Below are positions 47,756 through 61,242 of a stretch of DNA of 64,000 nt, in pieces. The notes beneath the pieces are model-generated. The model was not told the origin of the DNA. It saw only the letters and a program-made list of their open reading frames with translations, and did not search any database. Source of the DNA: Eledone cirrhosa (taxonomy: Eukaryota); NCBI GenBank assembly GCA_964016885.1, contig OZ024745.1:26164001-26228000 (forward strand), given 5' to 3'. How positions within the stretch are numbered: position 1 is the first letter of the stretch; each line of letters starts with the position of its first letter. The translations under genes were made by a program, and so were the position numbers.

Positions 47756-49523
47756 GTTTGTATCTAAATATACCTTTTTTTTAAATTTATGGTTACATAC
47801 ATCACCAGAGATTGTCACCGTGCACATATATACATGCATAATATATATAACATATATATTTGAAATGTCTATTTTCAAAGGGGATAAACCCAATGGTTAT
47901 GTAATAATAAAGTACAATAATATTTTCTAATAATATAATATAACAATACTCACTGTTTTTTATAACTAAGTGTAATTGTTTTTGTTTACAATGACCAGGC
48001 TTGTGTTCTCAGATTTTTAAATGTTTTAATCCATAACGAGCTGAAGACGCTCTTGAGAATCACTTTAGTGAAATGTATGCAAACTATTTCGAACTTCAAG
48101 CTTATCTAACGATTTTCAGAATCGAAGCATACACACAGATAGATACAGGTACAGGCACACTGACAGACAGACAGAAATGTAAACATCAGCACAATGTGTG
48201 ATGCTGTCGTAAGAAAATTGTATTTAATTTTGTTTAATTGCTAAATCTACATTGAGTTACACAGGTGGTTAGTAAACTACGTTTGAAATAGTATAATAGG
48301 CTATTGATAGGGTATTTGCCAGCGAGTATTCTACTCACAAAGATGCAATTATATCGTTTCTAACACTATTTACAATAGTTCATTCAGAGTAAACTTCTCG
48401 AAAAACATAGCCAAACAAAAGACTATATTAACAGCAGGAAATACATCTTACAATTGAGAATACACAGGCTTATTTTAACACAGTTGATATTTTTATACTA
48501 TGTTTTTAAATGATAGAATGTTTATATTTTCCAAACGGATTCATTGGCTCAGCTTCAATTCGTTAACGAAATCACTTCATTAAACTCTTGAAACTACGTC
48601 ATTATACACTTGGAAATCCCAAGTATTTATTACTCTACACTTTAAATTTAGGAGAAGCCTTGAGATTGTGTAAGAATTCGGTTTAGGAGTATAATATTGT
48701 CTTTCTCTTCATAAGCTAGGGACAAGCTGGTAATTTACGTAAAATATAGTGGTGATTTACCATCAAAAATTATATTTGATAGTGAATGTACGGCTCAGTT
48801 TAAGGCATAGAATATTTAATAATTTTTACTATGAGTCGTGGAAGGAAAGGAACTATTGGTTCATCTCAGGAACAGAACCGTATTATTCGTATGGTTGATG
48901 CCTAGGGGCTTTGCAGGGTGCCCCTCAATTCTTTTTGCTGTAAAACAATGAAAATGGAAGTGCTAGTAGGGGCCCAAAATATCTGAAATCTTAAGGCCTA
49001 GATATGGGTTAATAGGGCACAACTCTGGAATAAGATGAATATAGAATTTGAGGTGCTTGAAATTATGCCTGTTAAATAGACACATGGGTAGCATGGAAGG
49101 AGATCGCGACACGAATAATATGTAGGAAGTGGGGGGAAATTGGTGCTGATAGTACGGAAGAATTATTCCAAGAAATAATTACAGGATGAGAAGCTATCCC
49201 GCAACCTTTGTCATTTTGTCCACAGGGCACAGCCAAAACACCAATCTAACTTAGGCGTAGATTATGACACTCTCTCCTCGTCCTCCTTTCTTTCTTTTTT
49301 TGCTTAATAATCCTTGCCCTTTGCCCTTTTCCCCCATTTCTTTCATTTATAGCATTTGTTGACATTTCTAAAGCTAATTTCTTTTGTACAAGTTGTTTTA
49401 AGAATGAAACTAAGTTATCAATTTTGTATTATACGTCATACATGTTGCTTTGTTCCCCTCACAATTGATGACTATTAGCTGTTATCCTAACAATAATACG
49501 TATATATAAGCCACACACCAAAG

Positions 49524-49554
<31 letters not shown>

Positions 49555-49557
<3 letters not shown>

Positions 49558-50132
49558 CGTTTCTGAATTTGTTTAGCAAGATTCTTTATCTGAAATCGTG
49601 TGTTGAAACCGATATTGTTATACTTTGGGAGGGTCATGTTGCCAATAAGAAACACACGCACAAGTTGCTTTCACTTCAATTTAATTTAATATATATTTAT
49701 AAATTTACAAATTTATAAATTTCTGTTTGGTTGGTTGGTTCCACAACCAGATAGTTGTTTATATATATATAGTCATAGTTCTTTCGTCACACACTCTGTG
49801 ACCTCTTCAGTGACTGGGGATTTCTTTCTTCGTTTCTGTGCCTTTCCTTTCTTCTATCCTACGCCATTTTGTTTGACAAACAAAATGGCGTAGGATAGAA
49901 GAAAGGAAAGGCACAGAAACGAAGAAAGAAATCCCCAGTCACTGAAGAGGTCACAGAGTGTGTGACGAAAGAACTATGACTATATATATATAAACAACTA
50001 TCTGGTTGTGGAACCAACCAACCAAACAGAAATTTATAAATTTGTAAATTTATAAATATATATTAAATTAAATTGAAGTGAAAGCAACTGGTGCGTGTGT
50101 TTCTTATTGGCAACATGACCCTCCCAAAGTAT

Positions 50133-50140
<8 letters not shown>
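49555..50140. mobile_element. Family A fold-back palindrome: 264-bp arms, 1-nt loop, 57-nt tail, no ORF
   Basis: 49612-49875 is inverted at 49877-50140. Same termini as 1219-2366. HHRs at 49771-49815 (-) and 49937-49981 (+). Confidence 0.92.
49937..49981 (+). ncRNA. Minimal type I hammerhead (mirror copy at 49771-49815, minus)
   Basis: AGTCA-CTGAAGA-G-GTCACA gagtg TGTGAC-GAAA-GaaC-TA-TGACT. Confidence 0.75.
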
Positions 50141-50163
<23 letters not shown>

Positions 50164-50209
50164 GCTTTCGTGTGTGGCTTATATATACGTATTGTTGTTA
50201 GGATAACAG

Positions 50210-50240
<31 letters not shown>

Positions 50241-50714
50241 ACTAATATATAATAAAGATTTTTCTATTTTAAACTTTAATAATAGATGTGAAAAATAACA
50301 TAAGGAGTAAATTTAAACTGGACTGCCTACAAGAATCGACAAGAAAAATAAATTACGCTGTTGCTGTCTACGAAATTCCATTCTGAAGGTGTTTGTAAAA
50401 GTGAGGCTCTGGTAAAATTAATTTGCCCAAAGTACTCTGTAGGGGTATCAAATCCCGACCAATGTATTTATATAACAATTGCATACCCTTTTGCCGCTGA
50501 CATCCATTCCACGGAATGTGGAATGCAGTGGAACTGTGTCAAAAACTAAGTCGTAGAGGTGTGACAAAAGCAATTGATATTTCATAGTAGACAGTAGTAA
50601 GAAATAGAGGGAAACTAAAATTTCTGAATGTTCTTAAATTGCTAAAGTGACTCTAACACAATGTGATTGTAACAATTTTAACATAGGTTCAGTTTGACTC
50701 ACTTGATAAATTGC

Positions 50715-50769
<55 letters not shown>

Positions 50770-50776
50770 GTGTGTG

Positions 50777-50810
<34 letters not shown>

Positions 50811-50879
50811 AAGAGAGAGAATATGCGGTGCTGAGACAGGGGCGACCACTAATCATGGGAGTACTCAATGCATGGGGAA

Positions 50880-50912
<33 letters not shown>

Positions 50913-50943
50913 CATATATACATATATACATATATATACATAT

Positions 50944-50984
<41 letters not shown>

Positions 50985-50992
<8 letters not shown>

Positions 50993-51447
50993 AAGAGTAA
51001 AGAATAACATGGTCGGCTGTACAAAAAGGGTTTTATTTACAGTATTAACAATTGTTTTATTGATCAGGTGAGTCTAAAGGCCGCTGATCACTCGAGATTG
51101 CGTCACTCGACCTTAAATACAGTGTGTGTTTCTGATCAAATCATCGGTATTTTGATTTAAGGTCGACTGAATTTAAGGTCCAATGACGCAATCTCAAGTG
51201 ATCAGCGGCCTTTAGACTCACCTGATTAATGAAACAATTGTCAATATTGTAAATAAAACCCTTTTTGCACAGCCGACCATGTTATTCTTCACTCTTTCAC
51301 TATAATAACATGGCAATTCTCGCAAACTCGCAACCTAACTAAGGAAACCTCTTGGTGAGTCAAACAACGCCGTACGTTAAAACTGTCATTAGTACAGAAT
51401 ACTCACAACCTCTAACTGGATTACCTAAAACGATAACTTGTTATCCC
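50985..51447. mobile_element. Fold-back element (family I), diverged arms of about 134 bp plus a tail of about 140 nt
   Basis: 50985-51118 is inverted at 51169-51304. (TA)n flanks. Contains GAAACAATTGTC, resembling the 3' half of an HHR. Confidence 0.8.
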
Positions 51448-51474
<27 letters not shown>

Positions 51475-51479
<5 letters not shown>

Positions 51480-51592
51480 TAAAATAACAGATTAAAGATA
51501 AATAAATATTTGCTCTACGGTTTTTATATATTTGATATATATTTATCCTTATCGAGCCCTCTTTGGATTTTAGTCTTCAAATTTATTATTAT

Positions 51593-51598
<6 letters not shown>
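51475..51598. mobile_element. Family F minimal copy
   Basis: TTTATTAAAATAACAGATTAAAG (as at 25076) joined to a tail matching 28497-28592. Confidence 0.82.
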
Positions 51599-51691
<93 letters not shown>

Positions 51692-52628
51692 GTCTTTTGA
51701 AATCTTAATTTGTGATGAATTCGTGACTTAATTATGTAAACTAAAGAATTGAAAATAAATCGATAACAAAATATAATTTTAAACAAGATATATTAATTAT
51801 GTTTCTGTGACCTATTGATTATAACTGATGTTTCCTATTATAAATTATATATTTTGTGTACCTTATTTAGTCTCTCTCTCTGTGTATATGTAAATATATA
51901 TCTCCGTGCGCATAGGAGTTGATCAACAAGAAAGAGTGAGTTGCATTTAAGGCGAGGAGCAGATATCTCTCGTTATAAATTGTATATAAAATGTGTATCT
52001 TTGTTACTTTCCGTACTTGTATATGTGAATGTCTTTTCATTTGTGTACTGTAGGCGGTGATTGGAGAGAAAGGAGAGCGGGAAGCTGTTAACGAGGAAGG
52101 CAGCATGTGGGTGTGGTCTACGTGCAAGCCTGTGCTGATGCAAACTGCGCTGTTCTTTGTAGTCTGTTCTGATTTGTTACACAGAGATCGAGGAGCGGCA
52201 GCCAATACTGAATGGCATAAATAATCCTTGACGAATCGAATGATTTCTCTGTACACTTGTTTTGTTGTTTCGTTGTTCACTAAATGTAATGCTACCTATA
52301 AGGGACTTAGAATATGTATTTGTGTGTCGATTTACTTTATATACAATGTACAATATACTTGAATGTTGAATCTAATTTCAGGTGTGCGTGTGTGCGTGTG
52401 TCTGTGTGTTTATAGAATGTAGTTGAGTGGGATGGCTGGTTGAGCTGTATGCTCTGCCTCCTTTCTCCAAAGAAATCTTTATTTGCTTGTTTAGAGTGGT
52501 GTTTCTGGTTGGAAATACGGAGCTAGTAATGTTCTGCAACTGTGTCTATTGAATCGGTTGGCAGAATGTAAATGTAATGCTATTTGTCAATAAAGTCTTT
52601 CTGGGAATGTTAATATGTTAAGTAAATA

Positions 52629-52747
52629 TAATTGCTTCTACTTTTGGCACAAGGCCAGCAATTATTCCAGTGTATTACTGGTACTTTATTTCATCGACCC
52701 CGTAAGAATGAAAGGTAAAGTTAACCTCGGCGGGATTTGAACTCAGA
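52629..52747 (-). mobile_element. 5'-truncated SINE S1
   Basis: Tail, core and B box present. Confidence 0.85.
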
Positions 52748-53214
52748 AAGTAATAGAAGTCGTTTATTGTGGTCACGTTTGGAGAAAACCTTTTTGATAG
52801 CAATATATGGCTTATAGCATCATCTCTGTACTATATTCCTTATGAGGAAATACTACTTATGATTTCTTCTTATTAGACTGTAGTTTATAGTATAACTTAA
52901 CAACATTTCTTACATAAAATTATGATTGTTTTTAGATAAATATAAACATTAAATGAAACGTCATCGTCTTAGAAAATAGAACACAACACACTGAATAATA
53001 TAATGGGATCTATGGAGAAGGAAGATCTGTGGAAGTTATGACAGGAATGTCTTTGATTATAGTTCCACTTGATCAAGGATCAACTGCTATTAAGCAGGAA
53101 GATTACAAACTAATATAATCATCAACCATTTGAGTGCTACAATGTTTTATTACGTATCCTATATAAATGTGAGATCTATGTGGGATAATATATAACTTTA
53201 TCAATAAGTGTTGG

Positions 53215-53420
53215 ATAGATGCACAAGTCCAGCAATTTTAGTGGAGAAGGCGGGAAATATCGATTAAATCGACATTAGTTCAATCAGCTCCGTTATTTTT
53301 CCGACTGAAGAAGGTTGAACGACAACGTTGAACTTTGCGAGTTTTCAGAACAGAATCAGGAAGAACAAATACTACAAAGCTTTTATCCAGTATTCTAACG
53401 ATTTTACCAATCCACTGCCC
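53215..53420 (-). mobile_element. Old diverged S1-related SINE
   Basis: GCACAAGTCCAGCAATTT...GATTAAATCGAC...CCAATCCACTGCCC. Confidence 0.55.
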
Positions 53421-53771
53421 TAATAACTCTTGAAATAACAGAAACCTTAGAACGCCGAACTATATTCCATCCCTAGAATATTCTCCCCACAAAATACTTC
53501 ATTAAATACTTCACCTAATTCTTCTTTTCTAAATCTGCAGACTTTTAAAACTTTAGCTGTGAACACATTTTCCATAAAGCCATCAATTGCACTGAACAAT
53601 TAATGGACATCGCTCTACTTCCTCGGACTAAAATAAAAAAATATGTTATATACCTTACATTCTAAGCTTTTAAACTTATTTTAGTGTACTTAACTTACCT
53701 ATCTCAGAAGATTTTGATGAAATATTCTAGGTCAGTCGATTAAGCCACCTCTTTTTTGAGTTGTAGCCTTG

Positions 53772-53981
53772 TACGCGGGTCGACTGAAAAGTTCATAGGC
53801 TGGCAATTACATCGGCCGACCAGCATACTCTCATGGAACGATCAAATAAGGTTTATTTTTCAACATAGTCACTGGAAAGAAACAATGCAGTTATTTATAA
53901 GAAGTGTTGAAATGAATGCATGCACGATTCCAGAGCTCTAGCATCACTACTTCATAGTCAACCTATGGAAGTTTCAATACT
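53772..53981. mobile_element. Mariner-type MITE, same family as 15452-15670
   Basis: TACGCGGGTCGACTGAAAAGTTCATAGGCTG end and a shared internal AGCTCTAGCATCACT. Confidence 0.65.
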
Positions 53982-54311
53982 AATGTGAGAATTCGTTATC
54001 ATTTATTGTCTGTTCACTAATCTAACAGAAGTCCATAATGATACAGTGTCAGACTAAGTATTCAGTTTCGTCTGAATTCATTTGCTATGGTATTTAATTT
54101 TATGCATTTTGATCCCCAATTCAAAATCTAGTTGTGATCAAATTTGTTTCCTTTCATCTAGGATCTTTATATCATATGCCAGTCATGATAAAAACGGAGT
54201 AATTCACTCAACTAAAATGAGGTCTTGCGCTAGTGTGAGAGACCAAGCGTTTTACATGGGATAGGAAGTGCACATTCAATAATTATTTGCATAAGCACGT
54301 AACATTATATT

Positions 54312-54470
54312 TAGGGTCGGGCACCAACATAGAGTTGCGGCCCTTTACGGTTTGAGTTCCAGTCCCGCCGAGCTTTACTTTGCCTTTCATCCTTACAGAG
54401 TCGATAAAATAAAGTACCAGTAATGCAGTGGGATAATTGCTGGCCTTGTGCCAAAAGTAGAAACAATTAT
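54312..54470 (+). mobile_element. SINE S1, slightly 5'-truncated
   Basis: Similar to the other S1 copies. Confidence 0.85.
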
Positions 54471-55601
54471 ATTTAGTAGAATATGCTGTCTGCGCCTTCA
54501 TACATTAATACATTGTTCAAATAATTATCATACATGTAAGTAATATGTTTCCAATTGTGAATTAGAAAACCCTGGGTCGGTTGTACTATCACGCTCATGT
54601 GGTTTTGATCGACTATTAGTATTCTACAAGACGATCATATAATTGTCACCCATCTCTCTTAAGAGATGCAATATACTAGCCAAGAAGGCACCAAGCTGCT
54701 AATTCAAGGGCTTGTAAACGCGTATCATACTATATATAGGGTGTAAGGAATTCATCCATCTTGTCTGCAGGCTAGGCACTTAACATTTATTCTGGCCTGC
54801 CGCCAAGTTGGTGTCATGCGTATCTAGACAAGTAGAGTTAAGTACTTCGCCTAAAGGCACGCCCCACTGTCTGCGACGGGATTCAAAACGTACGCCTCAT
54901 CAACAGATTAAGTATACAATTTACGCTGTCGACTATTATAACTCAATAAAACAAATTCCAAGAATATCTTCCTGTAATCTATTTTTAATAAGTAAATATG
55001 TCCTTCGAGTAAGGTATGAACATTTCACAATCATATATCCCTTTCCTCTATGTTCGTTGACTCGTGTTAGATATCAATAAATAAATGTGTTGACCGTACT
55101 TATTTCTAATTGTCTCGTGCTCCATATCTTAATTTACAAGAATTTGATTATTTCCAGTGACCTAGAACAAGTGGTAAGCACCCTGAAAGCTGAATGTTAG
55201 AGGATTTCCCATTAAATCCAATTTCACTTCATGTCAGGTATTAATAAATTTGAGAATGTGTGATAGGCATCAACCTATTAATCTATAAAATGAATGTATA
55301 GGCTATGTTACAACTTTTTCTGTTTTTGCTCTGGGGAAAACAAACAAGAATAGCACCAAATACTACAATAAACACTGAAACAAATCTATTGATTAGAAAA
55401 GTAATTATGTAAATTCAAACAGAATTCTGAAAAAAGAGCACGTTTTCCCAGAACATATAAAAGGAAAATTGTATTTTAGGTGGTATATTTATTTCAGTAT
55501 AATATTGTGATGATACTCGATTTGAATCATATTCATTGTTTTATGGTTAATAAAACAAGTACCAGTAACCAGTAATATATTAAATTCAAGCGTCTATATT
55601 C

Positions 55602-55640
<39 letters not shown>

Positions 55641-56442
55641 TAATATATATATATAAAGAGAAATCTATTATCACATCCATCCACTTGTGTTTCTTAGAAC
55701 AGCTTAAGCTGGCTCCCAGGCATCTAAGTTGTAATCAAGCGAATGAGAACCAAAATATTAACTGCTCACTCAAGAAGCTGAAGCCAATTTCCCACGAAAG
55801 GATATAAAACATCGTATGGTGTTGGGGTTTGGTTGATGAACAGAATTTACTGATAATCAAGACTGTTTAGAAAGTAGCATATCACTGTGTTGAGATAAAG
55901 TCGAGATATGTTTCAACTAAAAAAATGACTATTCAAAAATAAAAAAAGTTTAAATTGTGAGAATAAAATGTAAATTTGAGTCTATATATCAAAGACTTAA
56001 GGAAATATTTGACAAAAGTTATATCATATTATTCTATTTAATTATATCAAAACATTTAGCATAATGCTCATTTACATACATTTCTTCACCCCATTCAATT
56101 CTCTGCTGCTTTCGTCTTAATTCGCTATACATTTTATTTTAATGTCTTATTTTTCTTTTAATTTTCTTAAATTTTCAGCTCTGAGATCTAGTCAAGTAGA
56201 CGTCATTCTCTATAATGTTTCTATGTCAACGCAAATTCATTTCACTGTTAACTTTCATCTCTTTTTACAAGTAATATTACTTTTCCAAAACTCAATTTTC
56301 CCCCTAAAATATATTTAGTATTTGGGAGGGATTGAAGGGGATTTAGTTGATCATAACATCCCAGTACTTACTTTTTATATCTGGTAATTATATTTTATCA
56401 ATCACAATTTATCGAGCACTTATATATATATATATATGGGGG

Positions 56443-56511
<69 letters not shown>

Positions 56512-58349
56512 AACATCTTATACATATCACTATAATATATCGTTCCCTGGGGATATATAAAATCTCATGTAATTTAGACATAAGAAACCTGACCAAACTC
56601 CCTGACAGCAAAAGCAGTTTATGAATTGAAAAATAAATAAGTGAGGCCGCTCCAAAAGCTTGAGATGGTCATCATTATCCAAACTAATTCTTCGACTATT
56701 CGGAGATTGTCAAACCAATAAATAAATCAATATGGTCAGACTTGAAGAGGATTGGCCACCTGGTTTTAAAATGCCGAAGAAACGTCGTATGTCAATACGG
56801 TGCCTTTACGACACCCTTAGAAGTTATGGGACCATTTCATACCTTCTAATGTATTCATCTGTTCCCATGGGGTAGAGGTGGAATAATATGAGGAAAATTT
56901 GCCTGCTGTTTCTACCATCTATAACGACCACGTAGAAGTCTATTCTTGGTTCAAACTTCTTTGTTGATTTTATGTACGTAGTTTTATGTTAAGAACTTGA
57001 ATATGAAGCGAATCTTGACATAATTCGCTATCATGATATTTTGATAATGAAATTTTAGTTTCCTTTTCTCTATTAAACTACCCCAACAGTTTAATTTAGC
57101 CATTTGGTTTGTAGCTTATACATAACTTAATACAGGAGAGACGGACGAATGTCTTGTTCGTTGAATATATGTCAACTAACTTGTTCTTGCTTGTTTGACA
57201 CATGTGCTGTGAATTTTATGGGAAGGCTGCTCAAAGGTATAGCTGTACAATTAAGCGTGTATATCTTTAAGAGTGTATTGGCTTACACTCATACTTATCC
57301 ATTACCCTCTTAGTAAAGACACAATTTATAAGTAAATTTTATGCAGTTGTTTGTGGTTCCAGGATGTCTGCTGTTGAGCGGCTACGTCCAAAGTTCATAC
57401 ATTAAAACTATTGCCAAAAATATCAGTCACTGACGTAGGATAAGAGCTTTTCAGCAAAGAAAGTTATACAAAACAAAATCTTTATCTGTATATCTATAAT
57501 TCTAGAAAAATATATCATATGTTTTTATCTAGCTTACAAAACCTATAAATATTTTTGTTTGTGATAATTAATTACCTATAAAACGAAAATCCATCAAATT
57601 TAGAAGAAGCAAGGAGCAGTTTTTTGACATGAACCTTTTGAGACTCTCCTTCAAAATATTTTTAACAACTCACTAACATCTCACTAACATCAAAATGAAG
57701 TGATATTTTAAGGGCTTTAAGCCCTCCTCCTCTTTGTCGTTGACACCAACAGACACCAGACAATATTTTATGAACGATTCGGAACGTGATCACATCTAAT
57801 CAATACTATTAATAATATTTTTTTTCTTAAAATTTTACTTTTTTAATCTACAGGTTATCTTAAGTTGTCTTGGAGAGAATAGTTACGTTTATTTTGTAAC
57901 TAGCACCGGGAGGTTTTTCTTCTATTGTGTGTGGGGGGTGGGGGGTGCGTGTGTTTCATACGGACTTGCACCAGCATATTTTATCTTGCGTTTTATTTAA
58001 TTCAATACAACACCCGACCAATTTAATTGAGCAAATATAGGATATGAACCAGTAAATAGCAGAAACATTGAAAATGCCCAGTATACCACCTTCTCTGAGA
58101 TTAGAACCTGTGCCGATACTTTAATAAAGCATTTTTCAACGACGTTCGGATACTCCGTAACCCCACGTCTAGGAGTCCACTGTGTGGTGAGTTGTTTATA
58201 ATTAAAAGGAACATTTTCTTTCGTAGAGGGTGAACGGTACGAACTTGTAACAACATATTTAATTTTGCAGTTTAATTACTTTAATACTCAAGAGCAATAT
58301 CTTCTTTGTCGAAACCAGAAAGCCATATGGATACATGAAAAGAAATTAA

Positions 58350-59430
58350 TTATTATAGATGGATTGGCAGTATCGGTAGAGAGTCGGACGCCATGCTTTG
58401 CAGCAAAGAGTTACGGCCCTTTATGGTCTGAGTTCAAATCCCGCCGAGGTTAACTTTGCCTTTCATCCTTACTGGTTCGATAAAATAAAGTACCAGTAAT
58501 ACATTAGGATAATTGCTGACCTTGTGCCAAAAGTAGAAACAAGTATTATAGATGGATCTAGGAGTGCCCTTTCCGGGTGCCCTCGAAGCGTCGGGTGGCT
58601 CAGAATTGGTGGGGTAGCTGAATCAACCCTGGGTGATTATCCCCCTATTGGGGAATTTTTATTGTTGTATTTTTCTTCTTTATTGTTAATGTTTTCCTAT
58701 TTTCTTTTTTTATGTAAAACCCCCACTTTCCCCGTCTATTGTATTGTCCCCTATATGTCGGCCCTCGTGGCCAATAAATGAAACCATTATTATAGATGGA
58801 TCTAAGGGCGGTGGATTGACAGAATCGGTAGAGCATCTAACACCGTGCTTCGCGGCATCGAGTTTGAATTACGTTCTGAGGTAAAATCACGCGGAGGTTA
58901 CTTTTGCCTTTCATCCTTACGGGCTTGATAAATAAAGTACCAGTAATACACTGGGGTCGATTTAATCGACTTTCTCCTCCCCTTCAAATTGCTGATATTG
59001 TACCTAAAGTAGAGACAATTAGATGGATCTAAGGGCAGTGGATTGGTGGTATTGGAAGAGAGACGAACCACGTACTTTGTGGCATATAGTTACGTTCTGA
59101 TTTCAAATCCCTTTACGGGGTTGATAAAGTACCAGTAACGCACTGGGGTTGATTAAATTGACCCACCCCAAAATTGTTGGAATTGTGCCTAAATCAGAAA
59201 CCGTGGATTGGCAGTATCGGTAGAGGGTCGGACGCCATGCTTTGACGCATAGAGTTACGGCCCTTTCCATACTTAGTTCAAATCCCGCCGGCCGAGGTTA
59301 GCTTTGCCTTTCATTCTTACGGAATCGATAAAATAAAGCACCAGTAATGCACTGGGGTCGATTTGATCACCCCCCCCCCCCAAAAAAAAAACAATTGTTG
59401 GCCATGTGCCTAAAGTAGAAATCATTATTA
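58350..59430 (+). mobile_element. Head-to-tail array of four S1 SINEs plus a LINE 3'-UTR-like unit (58561-58790)
   Basis: Heads at about 58360, 58806, 59033 and 59203. Junction motif ATTATAGATGGATCTA recurs. Confidence 0.88.
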
Positions 59431-59968
59431 AGTGGCTATTTGAAAGTCTAAGTAACAGCAAAATAAACTGTTTACTTTGTTTCAGGTAGCTTAGCTAAAA
59501 GATATTATACTCGAAATGTCTTAACATCTGTAGTTAAGTTTCGTCAAAGCATCTGTTCACTCTACACGTCTCAGATCAGTTTAAACTGCTCATACAAATG
59601 GTCGTCCTTCTTCTTATTATTTCCTGTCTTCCAAATCACCGCGCCCTGTAAAGATTTGAAATTGAAGTTATCTTTCCTTCTTGCTTTCAAGTGACAACGA
59701 TTATAAGACGGCAATTGAAAGATCCAGTTCCCGATAATTATTTAATTTAGAAGATTGGAGTAAAACACATCTTCCTCTCTTCCTCAATATTTACCCCTTT
59801 CCTATTGCCACGAGTGTACGAGATAACGAAATCTGCTAAAAATACGTGTAAAATTTCAGAGTTTATCCGTCCTAACTTCAGTTTCAATGTGTACGCACGT
59901 ACACACACACACACATACACACACGCGCACACACACATATGCATATATATATATATTATATATATATG

Positions 59969-60009
<41 letters not shown>

Positions 60010-60166
60010 ATGTGTGTGTGTGTGTCTTCATCTAATGATTTCGTACAGCTCTAATGCTGTAGAAATGATTTCTATATAACATAAGGTCGCCTATACTCTA
60101 CCAACGTATTGAGTTGCATTTTTAAACTGTGTTCACCTTCCAATCTCCACCAGGAATCCACCCACA

Positions 60167-60244
<78 letters not shown>

Positions 60245-61059
60245 TATTGGATGTCTGCGGTGCGGCGACAGGGAAGACCACAAATCAGTAGTACTCGATA
60301 CCTAGTATGACACACGTTATATATATATATATTTGTTGTGTTTGTTGTTGTTGTGACTTTTGGGATCCTGGTTTTGGAAGCAATGCGGACCTGTTGTTCT
60401 CTACCTTCTGTTAAGGGCAACATATACACACATATATATATGTATATGGTCCCCCTTGCTTCCAAAACCAGGATCCTAAAAGACACATCAACAACAATTT
60501 CAACATCAACCTCGGTAGCAGGAACTGTAGCATCAACAGCCAAACTAACAACTGCAGCAGCATCAAATCCTGAAACAACAGCAACACCAACAAAAGCATC
60601 AACAGCAGCAACAGAAGAACCCGCACCAGAAAATCTAACAAGGGTAGCAACAGAAACACCAGCACTAACAACAGCAAGAGCAAGAATCACAAAACACCCG
60701 GGGGACTCCCAACACATCTCTCTCTCTCTCTCTCTCGCTCTCTCTTCCACACACACACACACACACCCATCAGATTTGAATGATTTAGACACAGAAATGT
60801 GTTCTTCTCGCTGCGAAGAAGACAGAGAACCCTGAAATCCAAATCACTAAACAAGAACCACAACTTCCAAACAATATCCTGCATAATTCTAAGACACACA
60901 CACACCAACACACACCAGAAAATCAACAAAATACACCCATACCAAACACAACCACATACCCAACTACAACAGCTCCAACACAAATACCAGTCAGAAACGC
61001 CGAGTTCCACCAGTGATAATTATTTTAGGTTTCCTTTTTTTCGACCATTTATTCGAGAA

Positions 61060-61242
61060 ATGGTGTCGGACAAATGTTTAGCAACATTTGTTCTAGCTCT
61101 CTATGTTCTAATTTCAAATTCTACTGAAGTCAACTAAGCTTTCATCCTTCCGAGGATGGTAAAATAAAGTAATTGGTTTGATATAAGCGATTTTTCCTTG
61201 CTCCAAAGTTATTGGTCATGTGCCTAAATTAGAAACTATAAT
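61060..61242 (+). mobile_element. Diverged S1-related SINE
   Basis: CTTTCATCCTTCCGAGGATGGTAAAATAAAG core and GTGCCTAAATTAGAAAC tail. Confidence 0.65.

Noticed and set aside
48038-48090. CTGAAGA...GTGAAA hammerhead-like spacing
   Set aside because: Stems I and III cannot be formed, so it is probably chance.
58350-59430. CRISPR-like repeat-spacer pattern or tRNA gene cluster
   Set aside because: The units are SINEs of about 200 bp with tRNA-like heads but no cloverleaf. The context is eukaryotic and there are no cas genes.
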